A DNA stretch of 64,000 bases from a virus (IMGVR_UViG_3300017589_000080:11012-75011), one strand, 5' to 3'. Positions 47,627 through 58,095 are shown, counted from the stretch's first letter. The notes: generated from the letters alone by a model not told the origin. Made by a program: numbers and translations.

Positions 47627-49103
47627 TATTCAATCAAAATTATCCTCATACAAAAGCTTCTACACGCCATTAAAAGGAATTGTAACAAGAGAAAATACAG
47701 ATGACCCTCTTAGACTTGATAGAATCCAGGTTAGAATACCTTCTTATCATGGAGAAGAGAAGAAACACTTGATTGGAACTGGTACAGATCCTGGAGGTTA
47801 TCCATGGGCACAGATGTGTGTCCTTGACTTCAAAGAGAATGGTAAAAATGTGTTCTCTTCAGTGACTTCAACTGTAAAAGATGCTGTTTCAAACTTATTC
47901 GGTAAAAGAAACCTTGGAGAGAAGAAGGAAACCAATATTCCAATCATTTATCCCAAGACTGGAGATACAATCTGGTTAATGTTTGAAGGTGGAGACATTA
48001 GATGTCCAATTTATATGGGGTCTCTTTCCTCGACTGTTAAAGCATTAGCAGTTTCCTCTGGACTATCTGGTCTTATCGGTGGTGACCTTGCAAAGATTGC
48101 AGCACAAGTAATAATGTCTAATGAAGGATCTTATGACTCAATAAACTGGGATGATGTTGGTAAAACATCAGTTGGAGTCTTACAATGGAGAGATAGTAGA
48201 GCACAGAAGTGTTTCAGTTATATCAGAGAAGCAAATTCAGCTTCTTTTGACTCAGCATGTGCTTCAAATAATGCTTCTGACTTTGTAAGCATGGTAAGTG
48301 GCTCATGGCCAGGACTATTCTCTGAATACTCAGCTGTTGGTAGTGCAATGTCAAGTATAATTTCAACTGACTACTCAAAAACTGGTCAGGATAAGTTATT
48401 GCAGGAAGATGTATCAGGATACTTGCAAGTTGGTAGAGATCTAGGACTAACAGATCCTGCAGCACTAGTATTCTTTGCAGACTGTTATAATCAATCACCA
48501 GCAGGAGCTGAAAGCATTGTTGTTGCTGGAATGAGCTTGGACGATATCTACAATGCTTCCTTAAATGCAGGAGGTCTAAGTGGTAGTTCAAATTGGTTAT
48601 CACCAAGACGTTCTAAGACATATGAGATGATAAAAACATTACAATCTCAAGGTGCTTTCAATCAACAACAAGCATCAAGTGCAGGTGGAACATTATTGTG
48701 GCCAGTCCCAGGTGCAGGATTAGATTCAAGTGATCCAACGAACTTATTTGGAAACAGAATTAATCCTTACTCTGGAGAATATAAGATGCATAATGGTGTA
48801 GATATTCAGGCACCAACAGGAACGCCATGTATTGCAGTATTTGATGGAGTTGTGAAGAGGGCAGGTAGTGGAGATGGATATGGTAATCGTGTCGATGTTT
48901 ATAAACCTGATGGTTCAATGTCAACTTTATATGGTCATTTATCAGCAATAACAGTAAGTGTAAATCAAACAGTTACAGCAGGAACAGTTATTGGATTGGT
49001 TGGAAGTACTGGTAATTCTACAGGTCCACATTTACATTTCAGTTTATTCAATGAACCTGCTGGAGAAGCCATAGATCCAGTTCCATATATTGGATCACCA
49101 TAA
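47613..49103 (+). CDS. Baseplate central spike/cell-wall hydrolase: gp5 OB-fold, lysozyme-like domain, M23 peptidase
   Basis: DPLRLDRIQVRIP and PKTGD.IWLMFEGGD..CPIYMG (OB-fold); SNEGSY..IN.DD..SVGVLQW; HNGVDI, YGHLS, STGPHLHF (M23). Start moved to ATG 47613 after GGAGGT. Confidence 0.85.
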   Translation: MAEVNIQSKLSSYKSFYTPLKGIVTRENTDDPLRLDRIQVRIPSYHGEEKKHLIGTGTDPGGYPWAQMCVLDFKENGKNVFSSVTSTVKDAVSNLFGKRNLGEKKETNIPIIYPKTGDTIWLMFEGGDIRCPIYMGSLSSTVKALAVSSGLSGLIGGDLAKIAAQVIMSNEGSYDSINWDDVGKTSVGVLQWRDSRAQKCFSYIREANSASFDSACASNNASDFVSMVSGSWPGLFSEYSAVGSAMSSIISTDYSKTGQDKLLQEDVSGYLQVGRDLGLTDPAALVFFADCYNQSPAGAESIVVAGMSLDDIYNASLNAGGLSGSSNWLSPRRSKTYEMIKTLQSQGAFNQQQASSAGGTLLWPVPGAGLDSSDPTNLFGNRINPYSGEYKMHNGVDIQAPTGTPCIAVFDGVVKRAGSGDGYGNRVDVYKPDGSMSTLYGHLSAITVSVNQTVTAGTVIGLVGSTGNSTGPHLHFSLFNEPAGEAIDPVPYIGSP

Positions 49104-49122
49104 AGAAAGGACAGTGATATAA

Positions 49123-49512
49123 ATGTTAGCAGAGAATTCGATCTCGTTCCCGAACATCGTAAATGTTTCAACAGGCTTCTCACAATACAGTTATGATTTA
49201 CAATCTATTAATGAATGCCTTGGACTATTGTTTACGACTAGTCGTGGAGAATTACTTGGTGATCCTTTATTTGGAACTAACTTATTAAAGTTAATACATG
49301 AACCAAATGATTATGTCCTTCAGGACTCAGTCCAAGATGAAATATTAAAAGCTGTTAAGTACTATGAGAATAGAGTAACAATGAATGAGAGCAGCATAAC
49401 AATGATCAACGAAGATAACAAGCTCACAATAAACCTGAATTATTATGTTAAAAAGTCTGGTGAAATTGGTGAGTTTGAATTAGTAATGATGAAAGGGGAT
49501 TTAAATGTCTGA
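49123..49512 (+). CDS. Baseplate wedge protein (gp25-like)
   Basis: L.LLFTTSRGE...DP.FGTNL..LIHEP...AV.YYE.RV. Confidence 0.9.
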   Translation: MLAENSISFPNIVNVSTGFSQYSYDLQSINECLGLLFTTSRGELLGDPLFGTNLLKLIHEPNDYVLQDSVQDEILKAVKYYENRVTMNESSITMINEDNKLTINLNYYVKKSGEIGEFELVMMKGDLNV

Positions 49513-51355
49513 TAATAACTTATCGAAATTATCTTATACAAGCAGAGATTATGCATCTATCTTTCAAGACCTTGTTAACGCTATTCCATCCTTAACAAAC
49601 ACATGGGTTGCAAGGGAAGAAACAGATCCAGGGATAGTGTTAGTTAAACTCATGTCAATGCTTGGAGATATGTTATCATATAACCAAGATAAAATGGTTT
49701 TGGAATTGTATCCAGAGTCAGTGACACAACGTAAGAATGCTGCACAGATATTCAACTTAATTGGTTATAAGATGCACTGGTATCGATCTGCAAGATCTGT
49801 GGCGACACTAACGAATGTTAATGTTAATCCTGCAACTGTTCCAAGATATACAAAATTTGTAACATCTGATGAATCTCTCTGTTACACCAATGTTTACCAA
49901 CTGGAGCTTCCAAGTAACACGACTAACAGTGGTATAGAATATCAGCTTGAACTCGTTCAGGGTCTTCCTAAGACTCCAACGATAGCTTCTGGATCTATTG
50001 CACCTGAATATAATGCAGCATGGCATTCTGTTTACTCTTTTAATGTTGTTTCAAGTGAAATTGTTTCCAACAGATTGTATATTAATGACGGAAATATTGA
50101 TGAATCTACAATAACTCTGATAGATGATGTTGGAGCAGAATGGATTCAAGTGAACAATGTTGACATCATGACAGCTACTGGTAAATTCTTTGAATTAAAA
50201 GTTGATGAATATGACAAAGCTTATCTTAAGATGGTAAATTACTGGTCAGACTTTGACTTGAAAAGATTTAAGTTATTCTATATTGTTTCTAATGGTGAGT
50301 CAGGTCAGATCTCAAGTAACACATTGGTAAGATCTATTACACCAATCTACACAATAACAGGAGATACAAACAACCGAACTTTTACAGATGTTTCTTCTGA
50401 CATAAGAATACTTAACAGAGCAAGTACATATGGATATAATCCAATGACACCAGATGAAGCTCGAGCAGACTCTGCTAAATATGTTAACACATATGATACT
50501 CTGATAAATCTTGATGACTTTACGAGAGCTACAATGAGATTAAATGGAGTTGCAAATTGTATATCTTTGGACAGTTCAAATGATCCAAACCCAGATCTTC
50601 CTTCTAATACTGTTAAGATCTATATTACTAAGGAACCTGAGTACGAAGACATAAATCCTGAGTCTTACAACGAGTACATTAATACAGAGTTAAGAAGTTA
50701 CAAGCTTATTCCAATTGATATTATTGTTGATACAACATCAATAAATTATTATTACTGGACTGTAAAAGGCGACTTATTCTTAACGACTCCTGCAACCATT
50801 GACAAATGTAATGACCTTCTTGTTCGTGTTAACAATCAATTAAGATTTATGTTCAGTCAATCAAAGGTTGGGTATAATCAAACAGTTAAGTTCTTGGATG
50901 TTATAAACAAAACAATGTTAACTGACAAGGTTATAAATTATGCTGAGATAGATCCTATTGAGTACAAAGACAGCTTGGGAAATATTGTTCCGAACAATGT
51001 TATCACAGGGAAGTATACACAAGAATTCCCTAACCATAATGTTTCAGTTCCAAACTTTAATTATACTTTACAGGCTCTTGAGTTCCCAATAAAACCTGGA
51101 TCTGTAATCTTGAAAGCTGAAGTTGGTCTCTACACAATCTATGACAATGGAAATGGCAAGTTAATAGATGATAATGGTCTTTTAAGACAGTACGGATCTA
51201 TAAATTATAAGACAGGTCTCATCTCTTTTGAAACGAACATCCTTTTGAATGTTCCATTAACTCTTGTTTATTACAAGAACGTTGTTAACATGGTTGTCTA
51301 TCAAAACTTTAATACACAATACTTTAATGTTGCAACTGAAAGTGTAAAGGTGTAA
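49505..51355 (+). CDS. Baseplate wedge protein (gp6/J-like)
   Basis: YTSRDYASI, WV..E.DPGIVL, A....IGYK, GYNP.TP.EAR, LI.LDDF motifs. Confidence 0.88.
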   Translation: MSDNNLSKLSYTSRDYASIFQDLVNAIPSLTNTWVAREETDPGIVLVKLMSMLGDMLSYNQDKMVLELYPESVTQRKNAAQIFNLIGYKMHWYRSARSVATLTNVNVNPATVPRYTKFVTSDESLCYTNVYQLELPSNTTNSGIEYQLELVQGLPKTPTIASGSIAPEYNAAWHSVYSFNVVSSEIVSNRLYINDGNIDESTITLIDDVGAEWIQVNNVDIMTATGKFFELKVDEYDKAYLKMVNYWSDFDLKRFKLFYIVSNGESGQISSNTLVRSITPIYTITGDTNNRTFTDVSSDIRILNRASTYGYNPMTPDEARADSAKYVNTYDTLINLDDFTRATMRLNGVANCISLDSSNDPNPDLPSNTVKIYITKEPEYEDINPESYNEYINTELRSYKLIPIDIIVDTTSINYYYWTVKGDLFLTTPATIDKCNDLLVRVNNQLRFMFSQSKVGYNQTVKFLDVINKTMLTDKVINYAEIDPIEYKDSLGNIVPNNVITGKYTQEFPNHNVSVPNFNYTLQALEFPIKPGSVILKAEVGLYTIYDNGNGKLIDDNGLLRQYGSINYKTGLISFETNILLNVPLTLVYYKNVVNMVVYQNFNTQYFNVATESVKV

Positions 51356-51357
51356 TA

Positions 51358-51972
51358 ATGATTAACACAAAGGGAATGGTTCCAAAGACATATAACAATT
51401 CAAGAGATTTTCAGGTGCTTAATAAACTTCTTGATCTCTCAGTTAATATTCCTAAGTCAGATATTAATAATCTGAACAGGATATTTGATCCTAAGATGTG
51501 TCCTGAACATATGTTACCATTGTTGGCAAGTTATGTTGGTTATGAATATGATTATAATGAATCAGTTTATGCCAACAGACTTATCATTGAATATTTCCCT
51601 CTTCTAATAAGACATCGTGGAAGTGAAATTGGAATCTCTCTGGCATTAGCAATCGCTATCAATGCTGCAGATGACTTCAACGATCTTGAAATGACATCCT
51701 TATTTAGTATCGATTATATTAAAGAAGAGGGGTTAATAAATCTTTATGTTTATTCTAAGAATTACATTAAGAAGATAGATTACTTGCTGAACATCGCTAA
51801 GCCAGTTGGTCTTAAATATGAGTTAATTAATTCAGAGCCATTATATTCAGTTGATAAGATTTCTTTCACAGATGTCTGGGATAAGTATAAAGAGTATTAT
51901 CCAAACAGTAACAGATACAAGGTTGGAAGCAGTGTTGGGTTTGGTCAAGTTTCTAAGAATTCGGAGGGTTAG
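51358..51972 (+). CDS. Baseplate protein (P2 gpI/gp7-like)
   Basis: DPKMCPEHMLPLLASYVGY and RH.GSE.GI motifs; follows the gp6-like gene. Confidence 0.75.
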   Translation: MINTKGMVPKTYNNSRDFQVLNKLLDLSVNIPKSDINNLNRIFDPKMCPEHMLPLLASYVGYEYDYNESVYANRLIIEYFPLLIRHRGSEIGISLALAIAINAADDFNDLEMTSLFSIDYIKEEGLINLYVYSKNYIKKIDYLLNIAKPVGLKYELINSEPLYSVDKISFTDVWDKYKEYYPNSNRYKVGSSVGFGQVSKNSEG

Positions 51973-51973
51973 A

Positions 51974-52534
51974 ATGGAAAGTGTACAATCATCTCAGTTA
52001 CTCCCACAAATTAATGTCTTGATAAATAAAAGAGACAGTAAGACTGGAAGAATTCTTGAGACTCGAATGGTTAAGAACAGAGTTACAAAATTGGCATTAC
52101 TTGGAATTGTAAGACTGATAAATGGGGAGTTCAATAATACGACTCCTTTGAACATTGAGAATTATATTCCAAAGTATTTAGCACTCGGATCAAATACAGC
52201 TGAAGAAATATCTCCAGGAGTTACAACAGAGGTAACTGTAAATGATTCACGACTGCTTGATGAAATAATCGGATCAAACAACTTACAGCAACGAATCTTG
52301 TTAACACAGAAGAACATACTAGAGAATAATCTGGTAAATCCTTATATCAAGTTAACAATGAAAGTCTTTATTCCAACAGATGCATTTGTAAATGAAGTTA
52401 TTGGAGAAGCAGGGTTGTTTACACAGTCCTCTGGCAATAATTGTTGGGCAAGAGTTGCTTTTGCACCATTTACAAAGACCTATAATGAAGTTATTGACGT
52501 TACATGGGACATAAACATTATGTCTGTTGTATAA
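51974..52534 (+). CDS. Baseplate/tail-fibre attachment protein
   Basis: PKYLALG and IGEAGLF...WARVAF.P..K..W.I pattern; start moved to ATG 51974 after GGAGGG. Confidence 0.6.
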   Translation: MESVQSSQLLPQINVLINKRDSKTGRILETRMVKNRVTKLALLGIVRLINGEFNNTTPLNIENYIPKYLALGSNTAEEISPGVTTEVTVNDSRLLDEIIGSNNLQQRILLTQKNILENNLVNPYIKLTMKVFIPTDAFVNEVIGEAGLFTQSSGNNCWARVAFAPFTKTYNEVIDVTWDINIMSVV

Positions 52535-52555
52535 TATAGAAAGAAGAGTGAGATA

Positions 52556-54544
52556 ATGGCTACAGATGTTGCTAAATACTATCTAACACAGAACATTGTT
52601 GTTTATCCAAGTAGTAATTCAATTGACAATGGTAAATTGACTATTGAAGAGAACTTAAAGAACATGGTTTCAAGAATAACCAGTCGTAACTATGCTTTAA
52701 AAAGTTCAGACTTTGTCCTATCAATTGTTGGTGGGAAGATTCAAATTGGTGCTGGTTCTGGTAACATACAAGGCTATGATGTTGTAAGTTCTGCTGCACT
52801 GCTTCTTGATAATCCGATCTCAGAAGTCGGTTACAAACTCATTGGTCTTAAAGTAACCAAAGATGGTTCTAACCATGTTCGAGGAGAAGTTTTAGATGGA
52901 AATGACACTTACTTCGAAGGAATATGGGCAGGATTCTTCCCAGAAGCTTCTGCAACTGATCCAGATCTATTAATTCTTGGAAGAGTCTACTGGGATGGCT
53001 TAGCATTCACAGAATTAGTAAGAGATTCAAAGATAACCCATAGAATTGATGCAGATAAAATTGATATTGATATTTCTGGACCAAAACCAACTGCTGTCAA
53101 TCTTGATCTCGAAGGAGCCTTTAATAAACTGCCAGACTGGTATGTTTCAAAATATGGTGACTTCATGGTTGGTAACTTTGAGTTAATAAGTAATAATGGA
53201 ATTACAGAAGGTCTTGCATTCCCATCAGCATTAGCTTCAGCAAGATTTACAGTTGGAACAAGTACAAATACGGGAGCAACACTTGCTTCTATGGTTCCAA
53301 GTAATAATAATATATTTTCTAAGCTAATGTCAACAGCAACAGGGTTTACAGGATTATCTTCTGGAGTTGCTAACAATGTAACCAACATTGGGTTTCCAAC
53401 AAGCAACAGTACACTATTCAGAATTCAAAATACAACAACTGGTGGTAGTGCTGGCTCTGGTAATATAGACTTTGTTGATGGTAAGATAATTATTAACAGT
53501 CTTAACAAAGGGATTGAAATAAAGAGTCCAAATGGTTCTTTAGCTGATAATTTAACTGCTTTACTGTCCAGTAACACTTTAAGCATTAAGACAGCAACAT
53601 CAAACAAACATACTTTTGGATATGACTCAACTGGAACAAATCCTTATTATACTATTGGCTCTTTAACTTTAAGAACTGTTGGAACAGATACAAGTATTGT
53701 GTCGAATGGTAATGTTTATGTTCAGATTGCTCCAAGCATTAGCACAGGATCAATAGTTGCATCTGGAAGTGTTAAAACTGGTGTTGGCATCTCTTATATT
53801 ATTGAAGATGAAAACAGTCTAAAACAATATGTCAGCAATGTTCCAATAAATCTTATCAATGTTGATGGTCTTATCTCTAATAAAAGTTATGGGTTAACAC
53901 CAACCATTGCAACACCGTATTCAGGAACATATTACAGTAAGACATCTTATGAAGCAGGAGTATTACAATCTGTTTATAAGAATACTCTTGGTAATTCTTC
54001 AATTAAATTCATTGGATCTGGATCAAATTCAGCAGAATTATTGTATAATTATACAACCAGCAGATTGAACTTAACAGGAGACTTTACAGTATCTGGGGAT
54101 ATTAAAGCAAGCCGAGTTTATAATGCTGTTTATAATGACTATGCTGATTTCGTAAAAATGGATAAAAGTATGTCATATGAACCTGGAGATATAGTCTCTA
54201 AAAAGGTTGGAGTTGATGAATACACATTAGCAACGGAGACTAATAAGAAGTTAGTGGTTGGAGTTTACTCTGACACATATGGACAAGTTCTTGGTGGCGA
54301 TGATCTTGATAACATGGAAGACAATCTTGAAAATTACATCCCAATAGCTGTTGCTGGTAATGTCTTTGTTAAAGTCATTGGCACAATTGAAGAGGGAGAT
54401 CTAATTACAGTATCATGTTTTGATGGTGTTGGTGTTAAGGTAACATCTATTGAAGACAGTTTTGGAACAATCATTGGAAAAGCATTAGAAAGTAAGACAT
54501 CTTATGGAGTTTCAAGAATAAAAGCTCAAGTAATTTTACTTTAA
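52556..54544 (+). CDS. Tail fibre/spike with C-terminal autocleaving chaperone (Peptidase G2-like)
   Basis: NDYADF...YEPGDIV...VGVYS...G..LG...PIAVAG.V.VKV.G...GD.I...G.G...IIGKALE. Confidence 0.75.
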   Translation: MATDVAKYYLTQNIVVYPSSNSIDNGKLTIEENLKNMVSRITSRNYALKSSDFVLSIVGGKIQIGAGSGNIQGYDVVSSAALLLDNPISEVGYKLIGLKVTKDGSNHVRGEVLDGNDTYFEGIWAGFFPEASATDPDLLILGRVYWDGLAFTELVRDSKITHRIDADKIDIDISGPKPTAVNLDLEGAFNKLPDWYVSKYGDFMVGNFELISNNGITEGLAFPSALASARFTVGTSTNTGATLASMVPSNNNIFSKLMSTATGFTGLSSGVANNVTNIGFPTSNSTLFRIQNTTTGGSAGSGNIDFVDGKIIINSLNKGIEIKSPNGSLADNLTALLSSNTLSIKTATSNKHTFGYDSTGTNPYYTIGSLTLRTVGTDTSIVSNGNVYVQIAPSISTGSIVASGSVKTGVGISYIIEDENSLKQYVSNVPINLINVDGLISNKSYGLTPTIATPYSGTYYSKTSYEAGVLQSVYKNTLGNSSIKFIGSGSNSAELLYNYTTSRLNLTGDFTVSGDIKASRVYNAVYNDYADFVKMDKSMSYEPGDIVSKKVGVDEYTLATETNKKLVVGVYSDTYGQVLGGDDLDNMEDNLENYIPIAVAGNVFVKVIGTIEEGDLITVSCFDGVGVKVTSIEDSFGTIIGKALESKTSYGVSRIKAQVILL

Positions 54545-54570
54545 AAATAATGTTAGGATGGTGTAAATAA

Positions 54571-56811
54571 ATGGCGACTTTTAGTTTTACTAATGGGAAA
54601 GGGTTCTGTATAGATTGGTCAACAAATCAGAGAGTCAGAGTAAAATCTGTCTCTTTCAGGATTGGTAACTGTCATTCAGGAATTAATACTGGTGCTGGTA
54701 ATTCAGTTGCAGGAATAAGAGGAGCAAGACTTGGTCTGTGGAATAGAAAACAGAACCAAGGAGATTCAGCAATTTCTCCAACATGGTATCAAGAATCAGA
54801 TAACTCTGGACCAACTGGATCTGGTGGAACATACTGGACATCTGGAGACTTCTACACAAAAACTGCTTACTTAGATGCTGTTGTAGAACCTGGGACATAC
54901 AGCATTGGAGTTTGGTCTCCTGTTAGTGGCTCAAGTATTTGTATCGGTTGGGGTGGACCAGAGTCTACTTTGTATGATGCTCTTGGTAATGCATGGGAAA
55001 GTTTTGCAGGGACATCTCTTGGACCAACAAGACCAATATGGTACTCAGTTGTAACAGCTCCTGCAGATGACAGACCAACAATAAACTTCGCAAGTCCTCC
55101 AGAGAAAACTCTTGTAAAGCATGACGCATTATTTAGAGTTGAGTACACAGGAAACACAAGTATAACAAGTAATAATACAACAGTGTTTTACAGCGTCAAT
55201 GGTGAGTCATATGTTAACCTTGGAGTAAACAATAATGGTGGAACAATTGATGTCTTGCCATCTTCCAAAGGGATATTACCTGGATCAGCTTTTAAGTATA
55301 AGCTTAAGAGATATAATTCATTGTCAACTCCACAAGATAGTCTTGAGATGACAAGAGAGTTCAGAACCTTTACTCTTCCAACAATAAACAGCTTCTCAGT
55401 AAACTATAATAAGATAAATGCTAATACACTTGCTAAGTTTATCTGGAGTAATTGGACAGGTGCTTTTGAATTTGATCCAGTTTACTCATGGCATGAGAAT
55501 TCTCTGTTATATCTGTCAATAAACGGTTCTCCAGATATCTTATGTGGAGAAGACTCTTACGTAACAAGTGTTTTATCACAGGAAATTGTACTTGGGCATC
55601 TTGATGGAACTTCTGGTTATGTAGATTTTGTAAAGGATAATATCTCAGTAAATGTTATATTGAAGAGGGTTCATAAAGACACAGGTGTTACAGCAACTAA
55701 GACAATTCCAGTTACTGTAAGGTACACACCAACTGAAACAATACAGAACTTCTCTCCAGATCTTAAAAATCAATCAAACATTGTCTCTACAGATCAGACA
55801 AGTTTAGATATGTCATGGAGTTATCCCGACAATATAAATGATGTTAATAATGGTCAGAATGGTGTTGTCTCATTATATGAGCTTAATTTTATTAGCACTC
55901 GTGATGGGTCGGTTGTAAAAGAAATTACAACCAGCAAGTCATTCTCATTAAATTTGTCTAAGCTGAAACCAACAGTGGCATATAATTTATTAATTTATCC
56001 TGTTTATACAAATAATCTAACAGGAGAATCATTAATTTATAGCAGAGGTCCAGTTTACGCAATTAATAATTATGTGACTCGAATCTCAAGAATTAAAACA
56101 CCTGTTATTGCTTATCCTGTTAGTGGTGGAGATTGGTATGGTTTAACATTTAGAATTGCTCTCAGATTACCAGAAGATCCAGATTATCAACATATGACAG
56201 CTGGTGCAGCATCAACTTATCTGTATGAAGATATCGAAGTAATGATAAATGGTGTTGTTAAATCAATAAAGTTAAACCCAACTGCATTTTCATCATTATT
56301 AACAGAGTTAACTTACCAATCTAAGATTGTCTTTAATCCTGTTCTTGCTGGCTTTAATTTGAACTCACCAATATTCTCTGTAAGAGTTCGTGTTAAGAAG
56401 AAATATGTAACACAGTCTTTAGAGCTTGCTTGGACTTCATGGTCTCAAGAAGTTTTTGTGAACAACCGTACCAAACCTTTAATCTTAACGTCTCAAGGGT
56501 CTACTGTGAGCTTATCAGAGGTAAATGCGATGGATAATGAGGTAACAAAGATTACTGGGTCATACTTCCCAGTTGAAAACTATGTTCCATCTCATGATGT
56601 TATCAAAGCAGTTGACTTTTTGATCCTGTTTACACAGATGTTAGCAGTCACCACTACAATTAATGGTTATGCTATTTTCAATGCTGGAAGAGTTCCTGTA
56701 AGATTTAATAGTCTTGGAACATTTATACCAGACAACGTTGAGATTACATACAATACACCAAATGGATACATTCAAAAATTACTTGCAAGCTTAGATGTGC
56801 TTTGTAGTTAA
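54571..56811 (+). CDS. Tail protein with Ig/FN3-like domains
   Basis: Beta-rich; P.I..F, L..SWSYP, Y.L.IYP and SWSQE patterns. Confidence 0.6.
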   Translation: MATFSFTNGKGFCIDWSTNQRVRVKSVSFRIGNCHSGINTGAGNSVAGIRGARLGLWNRKQNQGDSAISPTWYQESDNSGPTGSGGTYWTSGDFYTKTAYLDAVVEPGTYSIGVWSPVSGSSICIGWGGPESTLYDALGNAWESFAGTSLGPTRPIWYSVVTAPADDRPTINFASPPEKTLVKHDALFRVEYTGNTSITSNNTTVFYSVNGESYVNLGVNNNGGTIDVLPSSKGILPGSAFKYKLKRYNSLSTPQDSLEMTREFRTFTLPTINSFSVNYNKINANTLAKFIWSNWTGAFEFDPVYSWHENSLLYLSINGSPDILCGEDSYVTSVLSQEIVLGHLDGTSGYVDFVKDNISVNVILKRVHKDTGVTATKTIPVTVRYTPTETIQNFSPDLKNQSNIVSTDQTSLDMSWSYPDNINDVNNGQNGVVSLYELNFISTRDGSVVKEITTSKSFSLNLSKLKPTVAYNLLIYPVYTNNLTGESLIYSRGPVYAINNYVTRISRIKTPVIAYPVSGGDWYGLTFRIALRLPEDPDYQHMTAGAASTYLYEDIEVMINGVVKSIKLNPTAFSSLLTELTYQSKIVFNPVLAGFNLNSPIFSVRVRVKKKYVTQSLELAWTSWSQEVFVNNRTKPLILTSQGSTVSLSEVNAMDNEVTKITGSYFPVENYVPSHDVIKAVDFLILFTQMLAVTTTINGYAIFNAGRVPVRFNSLGTFIPDNVEITYNTPNGYIQKLLASLDVLCS

Positions 56812-56847
56812 TATAAATATTTTAAATAAACCTTAGGAGGTTTTATC

Positions 56848-57384
56848 ATGGATTTTTTAAATGAACCTGTCGTAACCAACTTGATTGCAACTGTTGTTGT
56901 CGCTTTAATTGGTCTGCTTTCTGCTTTCTTAACTCTTCTCGTAAAGAACCTTACTGTAAAAGTCCTGGAACAAACCAGTAAGATTAAGAATGAAGCAACA
57001 CAAACACTGGTTGCTGGTGCTGTGCATCGTGTGTCTGATTTAACTGGAACTGCTGTAATGAGTATCCAGCAAGAGCTCGTAACTGATATAAAAGATAGTA
57101 TTGCAAACGGTGATGGCAAATATACACAAGAAGACTTATTAGCATTGAAGAATAAGGCTGTTACCAACGTTTTAAATCAAATTACACCAGAAGTAAAACA
57201 GGCATTAAACTTACAAATTGCGGATGTTGAAAAGTATGTAACAGACTTAGTTTCTAAATCTGTATTCGACCTGAGAAATGGCGTTGTAGCAACTCCTATC
57301 TTAGCAACTGGCATCTTGCAAACATCTGAAGCAGTGACACCTGTTGTAACTCCAGAGATCACTGTTATCTCGACCAACGTATAA
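56848..57384 (+). CDS. Holin (LL-H-like)
   Basis: Single N-terminal TM helix, then ...AVMSIQQELV..IK...GK...K.KAV..V; last late gene before the terminator. Confidence 0.7.
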   Translation: MDFLNEPVVTNLIATVVVALIGLLSAFLTLLVKNLTVKVLEQTSKIKNEATQTLVAGAVHRVSDLTGTAVMSIQQELVTDIKDSIANGDGKYTQEDLLALKNKAVTNVLNQITPEVKQALNLQIADVEKYVTDLVSKSVFDLRNGVVATPILATGILQTSEAVTPVVTPEITVISTNV

Positions 57385-57399
57385 ACGATTAACATAGGT

Positions 57400-57431
57400 T
57401 GTGGGTCATCTTTTAATTAAGGTGACCCACA
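57400..57431. terminator. Bidirectional terminator between convergent late and early operons
   Basis: TGTGGGTCATCTT / AAGGTGACCCACA stem followed by TTCTTTTT. Confidence 0.85.
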
Positions 57432-57437
57432 TTCTTT

Positions 57438-57764
57438 TTATTCCAAGTCATCAAATCTTCTATGCATGTCCCAATCATAAGAAAGTCTCTTGCCACAATT
57501 ACTACAGTAATGAGCATTCTCATCTTTAATCTCCAACCTGCAATCTGGACATCTCTCATCATGAGTTTCAATCCTATCTCTATCTTTCAAAACCTGCAGA
57601 TAAAACTTATCTGGAGAATTAATCTCACTTGAACACTCCCGACAGAATATTGTAGACTTATGTCTATCTGAAAGATCAATACCACATCTTAAACAAACAT
57701 GAACATAGATATCCCATTCTGGCTGTTTAACATCTAAAATAAACAATGGTGCAAATTTTGTCAA
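57438..57764 (-). CDS. Double zinc-ribbon protein
   Basis: CLRC...CREC and CPDC...CSNC; GGAGG RBS, TTG start. Confidence 0.7.
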   Translation of the reverse strand: MTKFAPLFILDVKQPEWDIYVHVCLRCGIDLSDRHKSTIFCRECSSEINSPDKFYLQVLKDRDRIETHDERCPDCRLEIKDENAHYCSNCGKRLSYDWDMHRRFDDLE

Positions 57765-57779
57765 ATTATCTTCCTCCTC

Positions 57780-58094
57780 TTAATCCAGTACAATCAATTC
57801 AGTATTACTATTTATCATTACATCAGCAGACTTTTTAATACTATAATAAGTATAACCTGTTTCAGAATCTACTGCCAGAACATATTCTTTACCACTGTCA
57901 TCAACGATCTTACTTAAGATTTGAGAATTACTCGTTGTCTCTGTAAGTTCTGCCGACATAACATATAATCTGAAACCTAAGAATAAGACAGCAGCAGTTA
58001 GAATAATTATAATCAGCATAGACAAGCCACTGAATAATTTATTGCCAGATTCTTCTCTAAATTCAATATTTTCTTCTTTAATATTCTTTTCCAA
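57780..58094 (-). CDS. Single-pass membrane protein
   Basis: LFSGLSMLIIIILTAAVLFLGF hydrophobic helix. Confidence 0.65.
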   Translation of the reverse strand: MEKNIKEENIEFREESGNKLFSGLSMLIIIILTAAVLFLGFRLYVMSAELTETTSNSQILSKIVDDSGKEYVLAVDSETGYTYYSIKKSADVMINSNTELIVLD

Positions 58095-58095
58095 T

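Noticed and set aside
56812-56819. TATAAATA T4-type late promoter before the holin
   Set aside because: The same 8-mer occurs inside coding regions (e.g. near 45837 and 45917) and was not seen before the main late genes; expected by chance in AT-rich DNA.
596-57395. Many antisense or alternate-frame ORFs in the track (e.g. 11908-12423, 25372-25866, 30028-30513, 43093-43608)
   Set aside because: Shadows of real + strand genes with biased codon usage; no RBS and no recognisable motifs.
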